From assembly GCA_963666735.1 (NCBI GenBank), contig OY762926.1:2304001-2368000 (forward strand): a stretch of DNA of 64,000 bases, in the 5' to 3' direction. The translations under genes were made by a program, and so were the position numbers. The notes beneath the pieces are model-generated. The model worked only from the letters and a program-made list of their open reading frames with translations. It made no database searches and had not been told where the DNA came from. This DNA comes from Gemmatimonadota bacterium. GTDB taxonomy: Bacteria > Gemmatimonadota > Gemmatimonadetes > Palauibacterales > Palauibacteraceae. Of this stretch, positions 28,888 through 38,389 are shown in pieces. How positions within the stretch are numbered: the stretch's first letter is position 1; each line of letters opens with the position of its first letter.

Positions 28888-30573
28888 CTACCCGCCGGGG
28901 GTCTCGGTGAGGTGGCGGGCGGGGCCCCTCAGCACCTGGCCCGGTTTCGCGCCCGTCACAGAGCCGTCGAGGATCACGGGGACGCCGTTCACGATCACGT
29001 GGTGGATGCCGACCGAGTAGCGGTGCGGGTCCACGTAGTCGGCGCGGTCGATGATGCGGTCGGCGTCGAAGATCGTAATGTCGGCCATCATCCCGTTCGC
29101 GATCCGGCCGCGCTCCGACTGGCCGATCTCGTCGGCCGACATCGAGGTCATCTTCCGGATCGCCTCCTCCAGCGTGAGAACCCCCATCTCGCGCACGTAG
29201 CGGCCGAGGATGCGCGGGAACGTACCGTAGCTCCGGGGATGCGGGAATCCGAGGCCGTAGCCGACCGGATCCCCGTCCGTCTCGAACATCGCCTGCGGGT
29301 GCTGCATGATGCGGATGACGTCCGCCTCGTCCATGAAGTGGTAGATGGCGCTGAACCCGCCCGCCAACTGGAGTTCGATCGCGAGCTGCACGCCGGTCGC
29401 GTCGTTGTTCGGCAGCCCCCGGTCCGCCGCCATGTCCGACATCCGTTTCCCGTTGTACTCGGGGAAGGCGCGGAGCGTGCGGAACTGGATCCGTGAGAGG
29501 TCCCCGCCCGTCCAGTCGCGGCGCATCCACTCCTCGGTCTCCCGCTCCACCCGCGGCCGGATCTCGGGATCGGTCACCCGCACCCGGAACGAGTCGATAC
29601 CGCCGGCCAGTACCCATTGCGGGAAGAGCACGCTGGAGCCGGTACTTCCCGCCATGTACGGGTAGAGGTCGACCTTGACGTCGATCCCCTCGGCGCGCGC
29701 GGAGTCCACCAGCGCGAGGGACTCGACGGTCTTGCCCCAGTTGTCCACTCCCATCGCCTTGAAGTGGTTGATGTGGACGGGAAGCCCGCCCTCGGCGCCG
29801 ACGCGGATCGCCTCGCGCACGGCCGGCAGGAGCCCGCGGGCCTCGTCGCGCATGTGCGTGTAGTAGATGCCGCCGTACTCCGCCGCGACCTTCGCCAGTT
29901 CGATGACCTCCTCGGTTTCGGCGTAGTTGGCCGGGACGTAGAGGAGCCCGGTCGAGAAACCCAGCGCGCCGTCCTCCATCGTCTCCCGCACGAGGTCCCG
30001 CATCGCGTCGAGTTCCTCGGGGGTGGGCGCGCGGTCCTCCATCCCGATCACCTGCTTCCGGGTCCAGCTGTGGCCCGCGAAGAAGCCGGTGTTGGGGGCG
30101 ACCTCGAGATCATCGATGTAGTCGCGCAGCGGATACGGCTGGTCGCCGCTGTGAAGCGAGGGGAGGATGGTCGTGATCCCCTGGCGGATGAAGTTCTCGG
30201 CCAGCGGCCGCCGGTGGACCTGGTTCTGGACGTGGTTGTGGTGGTCGATGAACCCCGGCGAGACGATGAGGCCGGAGGCGTCGATCTTTTCGGCCCCCAG
30301 CCCCGAGAGCCCGCCGTCGCGCGCGATTTCGGCCACGCGCCCATCGCGGATTCCCACGTCGGCGGTGAAGCGGTCGGCCCCCGTCCCGTCGACGACCGTG
30401 CCGCCGACGATGACCAGGTCGAAGGCGGCGTCTCCCGGGCCGGCCGGCACGGCGTCGTCCGTCGATTCGGGCGGCGCGCCGCATGCGGCAAACACGGCCG
30501 CCGCGGCCACGGTCGCCGCGGCCACCGCCAGCGCCGGACGCACGATCCTCCGTCGCATCGCCGCGCGGCGCAT
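28888..30573 (-). CDS. N-acyl-D-amino-acid deacylase family lipoprotein
   Basis: Lipobox FAAC; PGFIDHHNH, STGLLYVP, HMRDE, HPRSYGTFPRILG. Confidence 0.9.
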   Translation of the reverse strand: MRRAAMRRRIVRPALAVAAATVAAAAVFAACGAPPESTDDAVPAGPGDAAFDLVIVGGTVVDGTGADRFTADVGIRDGRVAEIARDGGLSGLGAEKIDASGLIVSPGFIDHHNHVQNQVHRRPLAENFIRQGITTILPSLHSGDQPYPLRDYIDDLEVAPNTGFFAGHSWTRKQVIGMEDRAPTPEELDAMRDLVRETMEDGALGFSTGLLYVPANYAETEEVIELAKVAAEYGGIYYTHMRDEARGLLPAVREAIRVGAEGGLPVHINHFKAMGVDNWGKTVESLALVDSARAEGIDVKVDLYPYMAGSTGSSVLFPQWVLAGGIDSFRVRVTDPEIRPRVERETEEWMRRDWTGGDLSRIQFRTLRAFPEYNGKRMSDMAADRGLPNNDATGVQLAIELQLAGGFSAIYHFMDEADVIRIMQHPQAMFETDGDPVGYGLGFPHPRSYGTFPRILGRYVREMGVLTLEEAIRKMTSMSADEIGQSERGRIANGMMADITIFDADRIIDRADYVDPHRYSVGIHHVIVNGVPVILDGSVTGAKPGQVLRGPARHLTETPGG

Positions 30574-31968
30574 CTATCGCCCGCTCGCGCTCGTCTGCGC
30601 CCGCTCCGTCTCCCACACCGGGACGCCGTCGCGCTTGTAGATGATCCCGTCCTTGATCACGTCGGTCACGTAGCCGAGCACGTTGATGTCGAACAGCGGG
30701 TTGCCGTCCACCACGATGATGTCCGCGAGCTTGCCGGGCTCGATCGTCCCCGTCTCCCGGAGTCCGAGCACCTCCGCCGCGACCTTCGTCGCCGATGAAA
30801 TCGCCTCGATCTCCGTCATTCCCATGTCGACGAGAGCGGACACCTCACGCCACGCCGACTCCGCGTGGAAGTTGAGCGGCGAGCCGGTGTCCGTGCCCAT
30901 CGCCATGAGAGCGTCCGCATCGATGAACTGGCGCGCCGCCCGCTCGCTGTTCCGGATCTGCCGCGGCGTGCTGCGAAAGTACGGCTTCCGCCAGAAGTCG
31001 TCCTTCGTGTACGAACTCAACACCTGCTCGCGGATCGGAGGCGGGAAGCTGTTGATGATATCCGGGTCCCACAGCCGCTCCGGGAATTCGAGCGTGGCGG
31101 GGTAGACCCAGATCCGGTGCGAGATCGTCTGGACGACCGGAATCCCCTCCATCGCGATGTAGTCGACGAGTTCCTGTGAATAGGCGGGGACGCTGCCGCC
31201 CGAGCCCGCATGCTGAAGCACATCGCAGCCGCCGCGGATCGCCCCCCACACGACCTCTTCCTCGTAGACGTGGCAGTGGATCGGGACGCCGGCCGGACCG
31301 GCGACGGCCTTGATGGCCCGCATGTCCTCCTCGGTCGTGCCGATCCACGTCTTGATAACGTCGACCCCCGCGTCGATCAGCATCCGCGTCCGCTCTGCCG
31401 CCTCCTCGGGCGTCCGGTGCAGGACGCGGAGTTCGTCGGGCAGGAAGTCCCATGCGTAGCGGGTGACCCAGGGTCCGCTCACGAGGAGTCGGGGGCCGGG
31501 GACTTCGTTGCGGTTGACCCGGTCGCGGAAGGCGAGGCTCGACATCGGCGCCGCGAGATCGACGCCCGCAGTCACACCCGCCGCGAGCAACTGCTTCGCG
31601 GAGGTCTCGTAGACGAGGTCGTCGTTCCCCTCGAACCACGGGAACCACTGGCTGTAGTCACCGTGTCCGAGAATCATGATGTGCACGTGCGCGTCGACCA
31701 TCCCCGGCATCATCGTCTTGCCCCGCGTATCGATGATCTCCGCGTCCGGCGGGATCTCGATCTCGGCCGCGGGCCCCACGGCGACGATCCGGTTCCCCTC
31801 GATGACGACGGCCGCGTGGTGGATGGGATTCGCCTCGTATCCGTCGAGCAGTTGTCCGCCCACCAGCGCAACGGTCTGCGCCGTTGCGGACGAGGTGGCG
31901 ACGTTGGCGGCCACGGCCGCCAACGCGAGAAGACCTGCGAGTCGGCGGGATCGGTGAGCGGGAACCAT
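30574..31968 (-). CDS. Secreted amidohydrolase family protein
   Basis: PGMVDAHVH, MGTDTG, GTIEPGKLADII; signal peptide. Confidence 0.88.
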   Translation of the reverse strand: MVPAHRSRRLAGLLALAAVAANVATSSATAQTVALVGGQLLDGYEANPIHHAAVVIEGNRIVAVGPAAEIEIPPDAEIIDTRGKTMMPGMVDAHVHIMILGHGDYSQWFPWFEGNDDLVYETSAKQLLAAGVTAGVDLAAPMSSLAFRDRVNRNEVPGPRLLVSGPWVTRYAWDFLPDELRVLHRTPEEAAERTRMLIDAGVDVIKTWIGTTEEDMRAIKAVAGPAGVPIHCHVYEEEVVWGAIRGGCDVLQHAGSGGSVPAYSQELVDYIAMEGIPVVQTISHRIWVYPATLEFPERLWDPDIINSFPPPIREQVLSSYTKDDFWRKPYFRSTPRQIRNSERAARQFIDADALMAMGTDTGSPLNFHAESAWREVSALVDMGMTEIEAISSATKVAAEVLGLRETGTIEPGKLADIIVVDGNPLFDINVLGYVTDVIKDGIIYKRDGVPVWETERAQTSASGR

Positions 31969-32253
31969 GTGACCTCCTGTGCTGGCGGCGCTTCCGGATC
32001 GAACTGCCGGTCAACGTGCGACACGGATCGGAGAGGCGGCAATGGCGGCAGGAGCGTCGCGCGCGTGATGAGTTTCCGTTGACCGACCCCGCCATCCTGT
32101 GATGCGGTAGCGCGGACGGCAGGCGTTCGCGCATGAGAAGTCGAGGACCCTACCTTGGGTCGAGGATCACGGAGATACGATGAAACATCTCGATCACGCT
32201 ACGCGGCATCCCGGGCGAGGCGCCGCCTCGCCGGATTCGGCGGAGGCACGCCG

Positions 32254-32628
32254 ATGAGCGGGGAGATGATCGCCATCATTGCGGCGACCATCGCTTTGGC
32301 CGCAGTTCTCGTTCCCGGTCAGCGCGGCATGCGGAACGACATCAAGCACCTGCTGGCGAAGACCGGCGGGCTGGAGGAACGGCTGGACGGAATGGACGGA
32401 CGGCTCGACAGCATGGACGGACGCCTCGACAGCGTGGATGGACGGCTCGGCGCCGTGGAGCGGGAGGTCGCCGCCGTGCGCACGGAGGTGGCGCGAGTAG
32501 AGACGCGGCTCACGAGCCGCATCGGCAAGCTGGAAGCGGAACTCAAGGAACGCCTGGCTCGGCTCGAAGGCTACTTCGAAGCCATGGGTGCCGGAGAACG
32601 CGGGATCCGAAAGCGAGCCGCCAAGTAA
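32254..32628 (+). CDS. Small membrane-anchored coiled-coil protein with heptad repeats
   Basis: GGAGG RBS; N-terminal hydrophobic helix; RLD(G/S)(M/V)DG x3. Confidence 0.65.
   Translation: MSGEMIAIIAATIALAAVLVPGQRGMRNDIKHLLAKTGGLEERLDGMDGRLDSMDGRLDSVDGRLGAVEREVAAVRTEVARVETRLTSRIGKLEAELKERLARLEGYFEAMGAGERGIRKRAAK
32380..32448 (+). repeat. 21-bp in-frame tandem repeat, about 3.3 copies
   Basis: CGGCTGGACGGAATGGACGGA / CGGCTCGACAGCATGGACGGA / CGCCTCGACAGCGTGGATGGA / CGGCTC. Confidence 0.85.
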
Positions 32629-32645
32629 GCGGAGCCGCTACGGCA

Positions 32646-33044
32646 TCATGTGGCGAGCTTGAACAGGCCGTTGCGCGCCGCCCGGCGATCGAACGTGTAT
32701 GTCGGAGCACAGCCACGTGCGTGGTTGGAGCGCCCGATAAGGTAGTCGGCGAAATCGGCCGTGCCCGACTCGTAGTCACGCAAGGCAAGTCGAACCGTCT
32801 CGTTGTCCTCCACGATGAGCTCGGCCGCGCCCAGGAGCTTCCGGACGACCTCCACGACGGCGGTCTTCTCATAGCGATAGCCGCGCCGCAGCACCCACAC
32901 CAGTTCAACGAGGACAGGCGCGCAGACGTGGCCGGGTGACTCGGCAGTACAACGCCTCTCGATCAGCCGCGTGGCGGCGGCCGCAAGTTCCCGGTCATCC
33001 CGGGTGATGAAACGCACCAGAATGTTCGTGTCCAGCCCGATCAC
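32646..33044 (-). CDS. vapC: PIN-domain toxin (VapC family)
   Basis: IGLDTNILVR, VLVELVWVL, DFADYLI, TFDR. Confidence 0.92.
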   Translation of the reverse strand: MIGLDTNILVRFITRDDRELAAAATRLIERRCTAESPGHVCAPVLVELVWVLRRGYRYEKTAVVEVVRKLLGAAELIVEDNETVRLALRDYESGTADFADYLIGRSNHARGCAPTYTFDRRAARNGLFKLAT

Positions 33045-33289
33045 CGGCGTAGTGCCCGCCGAACGGCCCCTCCCGCGATCGCTGCGTCCATCTCTTCCTG
33101 ACTGAGCGGAACGGCGGGTCGCGGAAGCATGCCCGCAAGGTCCATGACGGACCCCGTGATCGGCGTCACCATGAGCCTGCCATCATCCTCCATCGAGAAT
33201 GCAATCCGGTCACCCGCCTTGAGATCGAGCCGGTCCCGGATGGGCTTCGGCAGCGTGACCTGGCCCTTGCTGGTGATCGTCGCTTCCAT
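33041..33289 (-). CDS. AbrB/MazE-type antitoxin
   Basis: ATITSKGQVTLPKPIRDRLDLKAGD; 4-bp overlap with the toxin gene. Confidence 0.92.
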   Translation of the reverse strand: MEATITSKGQVTLPKPIRDRLDLKAGDRIAFSMEDDGRLMVTPITGSVMDLAGMLPRPAVPLSQEEMDAAIAGGAVRRALRR

Positions 33290-33312
33290 CTCGATTCCCT
33301 CTTCGACAACGT

Positions 33313-33329
33313 CCTTACCAAAAGTAAGG
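33313..33329. promoter_or_regulatory. TA autoregulatory operator
   Basis: CCTTAC-CAAAA-GTAAGG inverted repeat 24 bp upstream of the antitoxin ATG. Confidence 0.65.
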
Positions 33330-33387
33330 TAAACGCGCCCGTGCTCGGTGTCCATTTCCGGGCTCGTCCGGCTCCAGGGTCTGGCGG

Positions 33388-34182
33388 CTACTCTCCGCGG
33401 TAGACGGGGTCGCGCTTTCGGGCGAACGCCTCGAGCCCCTCGCGCCAGTCCTCGGAAGCCATGCAGGTGAAGAGCGCCTCGGCCTCGAGGCGCAGCGCCT
33501 CCTCGGGGTCGGCGGATTCCGCGCGGTCGAGGAGTTGCTTCGCGAGTCGCATCGAGATGGGTGCGTTACGGGCCAGGCGCTCGGCGAGTCGGCGCGCGGC
33601 GGGGAGGACTTCGTCCGCCCGGAGGACCTCGTTCGCCAGACCCCAGGCCCCGGCCTCCTCCGGGGTGAAGTAGCGGCCCAGCAGGATGAGTTCGGCCGCG
33701 CGGGCGTGCCCCACGCGCCGCCGGAGCGTGTAGGCCGTGCCGCCGCCGATGAACGTTCCCAGCGCGACCTCCGGCATGCGGAGCTTCGCCTCCTCCGCCA
33801 CGATGACGAAATCGCACGAGAGGGCGAGTTCGCAGCCCGCCCCGATCGCGTGTCCGTTCACGGCCGCGACCACCGGCTGCGGCAGCGTCTGAAGTGCGCG
33901 GAACACGCGCTGGCTCGTCTCGATGTAGGCGCGGCGTTCGGCGATCGACGCCTCGTGATCGCGGTGGGCCTTGAGGTCGGCCCCGGAGCAGAACCCCCGT
34001 CCCGTCCCCGTCACGATGACGACGCGCGTCTCGAAGTCCGCCCCGATGCGCCCGAGTTCGGCCTCCAGCGCCTCGTACATGGGGAGGCTCACGGCGTTGA
34101 GACGGTGGGGACGGTTGAGGCGGAGGATCCGGACGGGACCCTCCGCCTCGACCAGAAGCGGGACTTCGATGGCTCCGCTCAG
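33388..34182 (-). CDS. Enoyl-CoA hydratase/isomerase family protein (start approximate, possibly CTG)
   Basis: LNRPHRLNA, FCSGADLK, AVNGHAIGAGCELALSCD, PEVALG. Confidence 0.9.
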   Translation of the reverse strand: MSGAIEVPLLVEAEGPVRILRLNRPHRLNAVSLPMYEALEAELGRIGADFETRVVIVTGTGRGFCSGADLKAHRDHEASIAERRAYIETSQRVFRALQTLPQPVVAAVNGHAIGAGCELALSCDFVIVAEEAKLRMPEVALGTFIGGGTAYTLRRRVGHARAAELILLGRYFTPEEAGAWGLANEVLRADEVLPAARRLAERLARNAPISMRLAKQLLDRAESADPEEALRLEAEALFTCMASEDWREGLEAFARKRDPVYRGE

Positions 34183-36644
34183 CTTCCCGCGTCGTCCGTG
34201 GTGGTGACGGGCTTCGCGGGCTTCACGTGCATCTCGAGCCAGCGGTCGGTCTCCCACAGGACGTGCAGGACCGATTCGCGGGCCGCGTAGCCGTGGCTCT
34301 CGGCGGGCAGGAAGACGAGCCGCGCCGTCGCGCCCAGCCCCTTGAGCGCCGCGTAGAAGCGCCGCGACTGGATGGGGAAGGTGCCCGAGTTGTTGTCGTC
34401 CTCCCCGTGGATGATGAGGATGGGCTCGTTCACCTTGTCCGCGTGCATGAAGGGCGACATGTACAGGTAGAGATCCGGGTCCTCCCAGAAGAGCCGCTGC
34501 TCCCGCTGGAAGCCGAACGGCGTCAGCGTCCGGTTGTACGCGCCGCTGCGCGCCACGCCGGCCCGGAAGATGTCGGAGTGGGCGAGCAGATTGCCCGTCA
34601 TGAACGCGCCGTAGGAGTGTCCGCCGACGCCGACCCGGTCCGGATCCACGACCCCGCGCCGCACGCCCTCGTCGATCGCCGCCTGGGCGTTCGCCACGAG
34701 TTGCTGGCGGAAGGTGTCGTTGGGCTCCGCGTCGCCCTCGCCGATGACCGGCATCGACGCGTTGTCCAGCACGGCATAGCCCCGGGTCACGTAGGGGACG
34801 GCGCCGCCGTAGGGGATCCGCGTGAACTGGTACGGCGAGTCGCGTCGCTGGCCGGCCGCCGCCGCGCTCTTGAACTCGGTCGGATACGCCCACACGAAGG
34901 TCGGGAGGGGACCATCGCGCTCCTGGTCATAGTCCGCCGGCAGGTAGAGCGTAGCCGAGAGCGGGATGCCGTCCCCGCGCTCGTACTGGATCGCCTCCTT
35001 GCGGATGCCGGCGAACTGCGGATACGGGTGCGGGAACTCGGTCACCGCGCTGATCGTTCCCCGTTCGAGGTCGCGCAGGAAGTAGTTCGGGGGCTCGTCC
35101 ACCGATTCCCGCCGCGTCATCAACCGCCCGTCCTCGAGGAGCGTGACCACGCCCTCGTAGTACGGCGCCTCGGAGCGGAACAACTCCTCTTCCTCTCCCG
35201 TTTCGAGGTTCCGCCTTCTCAGGAAGGGACGGTTGCCTTCGGGCGAAGCGCCCTGCCCCGCCAGGTAGATCGAAGATCCCCCGTCGGCGGTCATGAGGAC
35301 GCCCCGGCCGCGCTCGTTCGTCGTGAACATCGGGAAGCCGGGGTTGTTGTACCGGTCCTCCGTCTGGAGATCGAAGATCAGCTCCATCTCGCCCGGGGCG
35401 TCGGGATCGATGCGGTACGTGCGCTGCTGGCGGGTCGAGAACCAGTTCTCGCTCACGAAGGCGAACCCCTCCTCCGCCCACATCACGCCGCCGTAGCGGA
35501 GCGGGAGCGCCGCGATCGCGACGGGCTCGCCGGAGAAGGGCGCCGTGTGCATGAACACCCGGTCGCGGATGTCCGCCTCGGCGAGGGCGTCGCCGCCGTC
35601 CTGCGCCTCCGTCCAATACAGCGTCGCGTCCGCGTCGGCGCGCCAGGCGATCGACCGCACGCCCGTCGGAACCGACCCGAACGACGTGGGGACGCCGTCC
35701 TGGAGCGGGAGTTCCGCGACTCCGTGCACCACGTTCCCCTGCGCGTCCCACACCTCGATCGTGCGCGGGAAGCGGGAGGCCGGCACCTGGTACGAGTACG
35801 GCCGGTGGGTGGTCTGCACGAGCAGGTATTCGCCGTCCGGCGATGGCGAGGCGCCGGAGAAGATCGACGGATCGCCCACCATGGCCGCCGATCCGTCGAG
35901 GCCGACGCGGGCCAGTTGCGCCGTCGAGTAGTACTCGTAGAGCGCTTCATCGTGCTGGTCCCGCAGCAGGTCCTGGTACGTGCGGGCGGGAGCCGCTTCC
36001 CCCGAAGTCTCCTCGATCATGGGCGCCGTCGGCACCATCGGCTCGGCGGGCGCCGGGCCGCGGCCGGGCGGCACCGCCATGGCGTAGAGAAAGCCTCCTT
36101 CCGGCGACCAGTTGAACGGGGCCCCGAAGCCCACGTTCACGAGATCGAGGTCGGACAGCCGCCGGGCCGCCGCGGACGCGACATCCAGTATCCAGAGCTG
36201 CACGGCCGAGTCGGTATCGTGCGTGAACGCCACCGTACTCCCGGTCGGCGACCAGCGCGTGTTGCGGATGCGCGGATTCTCGGGCAGGCCGGTGACGGCA
36301 CGCTCTTCCCCGTCCAGCGTGCGAAGCGCGAGACCGTTCGAGGGACGGGCGCGGCTGGGGCCGTTCGTGCGCGGGTTGATGCGCAGTCCGGCGATTCGCA
36401 GTTCCGGCGCGGCGACCTCGGCGATCGACGGCAGGCTGGGCCGCATCGTGAGCAGCATCACCGACTCGTCGGGACTCAGACTGATTCCCGGGGTCGCCGG
36501 GGCATCGACGAGCGCGGCGAGTTCGGCGGCCGGCGTCTGGTAACCGTCCGCACCCTCCTGCGCTGCCACATCCATCGTGACCGCGGCGAGGAGGAACGCG
36601 AAGGAGAGGGAGAATCGAAGGCTGCTGCCGTGATCGTGTCGCAT
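34179..36644 (-). CDS. Secreted S9 prolyl-oligopeptidase family serine peptidase
   Basis: GGHSYGAFM, HGEDDNNSGT, ESHGY catalytic triad; signal peptide. Confidence 0.93.
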   Translation of the reverse strand: MRHDHGSSLRFSLSFAFLLAAVTMDVAAQEGADGYQTPAAELAALVDAPATPGISLSPDESVMLLTMRPSLPSIAEVAAPELRIAGLRINPRTNGPSRARPSNGLALRTLDGEERAVTGLPENPRIRNTRWSPTGSTVAFTHDTDSAVQLWILDVASAAARRLSDLDLVNVGFGAPFNWSPEGGFLYAMAVPPGRGPAPAEPMVPTAPMIEETSGEAAPARTYQDLLRDQHDEALYEYYSTAQLARVGLDGSAAMVGDPSIFSGASPSPDGEYLLVQTTHRPYSYQVPASRFPRTIEVWDAQGNVVHGVAELPLQDGVPTSFGSVPTGVRSIAWRADADATLYWTEAQDGGDALAEADIRDRVFMHTAPFSGEPVAIAALPLRYGGVMWAEEGFAFVSENWFSTRQQRTYRIDPDAPGEMELIFDLQTEDRYNNPGFPMFTTNERGRGVLMTADGGSSIYLAGQGASPEGNRPFLRRRNLETGEEEELFRSEAPYYEGVVTLLEDGRLMTRRESVDEPPNYFLRDLERGTISAVTEFPHPYPQFAGIRKEAIQYERGDGIPLSATLYLPADYDQERDGPLPTFVWAYPTEFKSAAAAGQRRDSPYQFTRIPYGGAVPYVTRGYAVLDNASMPVIGEGDAEPNDTFRQQLVANAQAAIDEGVRRGVVDPDRVGVGGHSYGAFMTGNLLAHSDIFRAGVARSGAYNRTLTPFGFQREQRLFWEDPDLYLYMSPFMHADKVNEPILIIHGEDDNNSGTFPIQSRRFYAALKGLGATARLVFLPAESHGYAARESVLHVLWETDRWLEMHVKPAKPVTTTDDAGS

Positions 36645-36733
36645 TGTACAGGCTCCAGCTGATGACCGAGGTCGCATAAACCGGGATCGGGACCACCGTG
36701 GCATAGTCCGAACCGCTCCCGGCACACGCAAGA

Positions 36734-36750
36734 CGCGTCCGTACACGCGC
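36734..36750 (+). repeat. Left target-site duplication (17 bp)
   Basis: CGCGTCCGTACACGCGC, identical to 38265-38281. Confidence 0.95.
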
Positions 36751-38264
36751 TGTCGTACCAAAGTAGAAATGTCCCCCCTTAGCCAAGTAGAAATGTCCTC
36801 TTACGGTCCATGTTCGGTCAACGGCGGAACGGGATCCGGGAGAGGAGCGGATGGACTTGAGTCTGAGGGAGCGGGATCGCATCTCGGTGCTGAGACAGGT
36901 GAGCGAGGGAGTGCTGACGGTCGCTGCGGGAGCGGAGCGGATCGGCGTGACTCGGCGGCATTTTCGCCGGTTGCGCCGGAAGTTCGAGGCCGAAGGCGAC
37001 GCGGCGGCGGTTCACGGACTGCGGGGGCGGCGGTCGAACCGGGCGTTGCGCGCGGAAGATCGGGAGCGGGCGCTGGAGGTCGCGAGGGACCCGCTGTACC
37101 GGGACTTCGGGCCGACGCTGCTTGCGGAACACCTGGAAAGACGCTTCGGGCTGCGTCTGAGCGCGGAGACGCTGCGGTGCTGGATGCTGGAGGCCGGGCT
37201 GTGGGAGCGTCGCCGCAAGCGCGCGAAGCACCGCCGCCGGCGTCCGAGGCGGGCGGCGCTGGGCGAGCTGGGGCAGTGGGACAGCTCGGTGCACCCGTGG
37301 CTGGAGGAGCGGGCGGCGGGAGGACAGGTGCTGATCTCGATCCACGACGACGCGACGAGCCGACTGATGATGGCCCGCTTCGCGGCGCGCGACGACGGGG
37401 CGGAGAACCGGCGGGCGATCATCGGCTACCTTCGCCGCCACGGCCGCCCGGTGGCCGTGTACACCGACCACGCCGGTCACTTCGGGCAGTGGCTCTCGAA
37501 GAAGGAGGAGCGCACGGACACGATCATCGCCCGGGGACTGGGCGAGTTGGGGGTCGAGGTGATCCTCGCGGGTTCCCCGCAGGCCAAGGGCAGGGTCGAG
37601 CGGAGCTTCGGCACCGCGCAGGACCGGCTGGTCAGGGAGATGCGGGTGGAGGGGGTCGCCACGCTCGAGGCGGCCAACCGCTTCCTCCAGCACTACTGGG
37701 TTCCGTTCTGGAACGAACGCTTCGCCGTGGAGCCCGCCGATCCCCGCGACGCGCACCGCCCGCTCCCGGACGGCGTGGACCTCGAGGCGCTCTTCGCCGA
37801 GACGGAGAGGCGCGTCGTGGCCCGCGACTTCACGATCCGCTTCCGGAACCGCCACTTGCAGATCCCGGAGAGGGAGGCCGCCGGCATCGCCCCCGGCGAC
37901 GAGATCGTCGTCGAGCGCCGCCTCGACGGCGAGGTCCGCTTCCGCTTCGGCGAGCGCTACCTGGAGCTCGAACCCGTATGCCGAGCCCCCGCCGCCTCCC
38001 CCGGCGACGCGCCCGTCAAGCCGGCGAAGCCGAGGCCCGCGCCCCCGAAGCCGGCTCCGGACCACCCATGGCGCAAGCACTTCCAAGCCAGTGCCCAGCA
38101 GGCCATCGCGCGTCGCGACCTCCGCCGCGAGCGAGAAGCGATATCCAACGAGAAGGAACCGCCCCGCTCCCCCGAACCGGCCCGGGAACAGGGCAGAACC
38201 GAACCGCCGGGGGAGGACATTTCTACTTTGGGCTAACCCCGGACATTTCTACTTTGGTTTGACA
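36751..38264 (+). mobile_element. Complete insertion sequence, IS1202 family (formerly ISNCY), 1514 bp
   Basis: TGT..ACA ends; IRL TGTCGTACCAAAGTAGAAATGTCC vs IRR revcomp TGTCAAACCAAAGTAGAAATGTCC; AAGTAGAAATGTCC present twice at each end; 17-bp TSD. Confidence 0.93.
36851..38236 (+). CDS. DDE transposase (rve-like)
   Basis: N-terminal HTH; QWDSS, YTDH, SPQAKGRVERSF..QDRL. Confidence 0.95.
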   Translation: MDLSLRERDRISVLRQVSEGVLTVAAGAERIGVTRRHFRRLRRKFEAEGDAAAVHGLRGRRSNRALRAEDRERALEVARDPLYRDFGPTLLAEHLERRFGLRLSAETLRCWMLEAGLWERRRKRAKHRRRRPRRAALGELGQWDSSVHPWLEERAAGGQVLISIHDDATSRLMMARFAARDDGAENRRAIIGYLRRHGRPVAVYTDHAGHFGQWLSKKEERTDTIIARGLGELGVEVILAGSPQAKGRVERSFGTAQDRLVREMRVEGVATLEAANRFLQHYWVPFWNERFAVEPADPRDAHRPLPDGVDLEALFAETERRVVARDFTIRFRNRHLQIPEREAAGIAPGDEIVVERRLDGEVRFRFGERYLELEPVCRAPAASPGDAPVKPAKPRPAPPKPAPDHPWRKHFQASAQQAIARRDLRREREAISNEKEPPRSPEPAREQGRTEPPGEDISTLG

Positions 38265-38281
38265 CGCGTCCGTACACGCGC
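38265..38281 (+). repeat. Right target-site duplication (17 bp)
   Basis: CGCGTCCGTACACGCGC. Confidence 0.95.
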
Positions 38282-38389
38282 CCTGGCCGCCCCTGGCTGT
38301 CGCGCGGCCCCCCGGGGCGATAGCGTTGCCGGACAGCGAACGGCAGCGGCGTTCGCGGGCACACACCAAAGGGAAAGCGAGACAGGGAG

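Noticed and set aside
33388..34893. 501-aa fusion ORF ending in the enoyl-CoA hydratase
   Set aside because: The N-terminal half overlaps the S9 peptidase in another frame; the real gene begins near 34182
36761..38254. AAGTAGAAATGTCC repeats as a CRISPR or iteron array
   Set aside because: Only two copies per side, inverted between sides; explained as IS subterminal repeats
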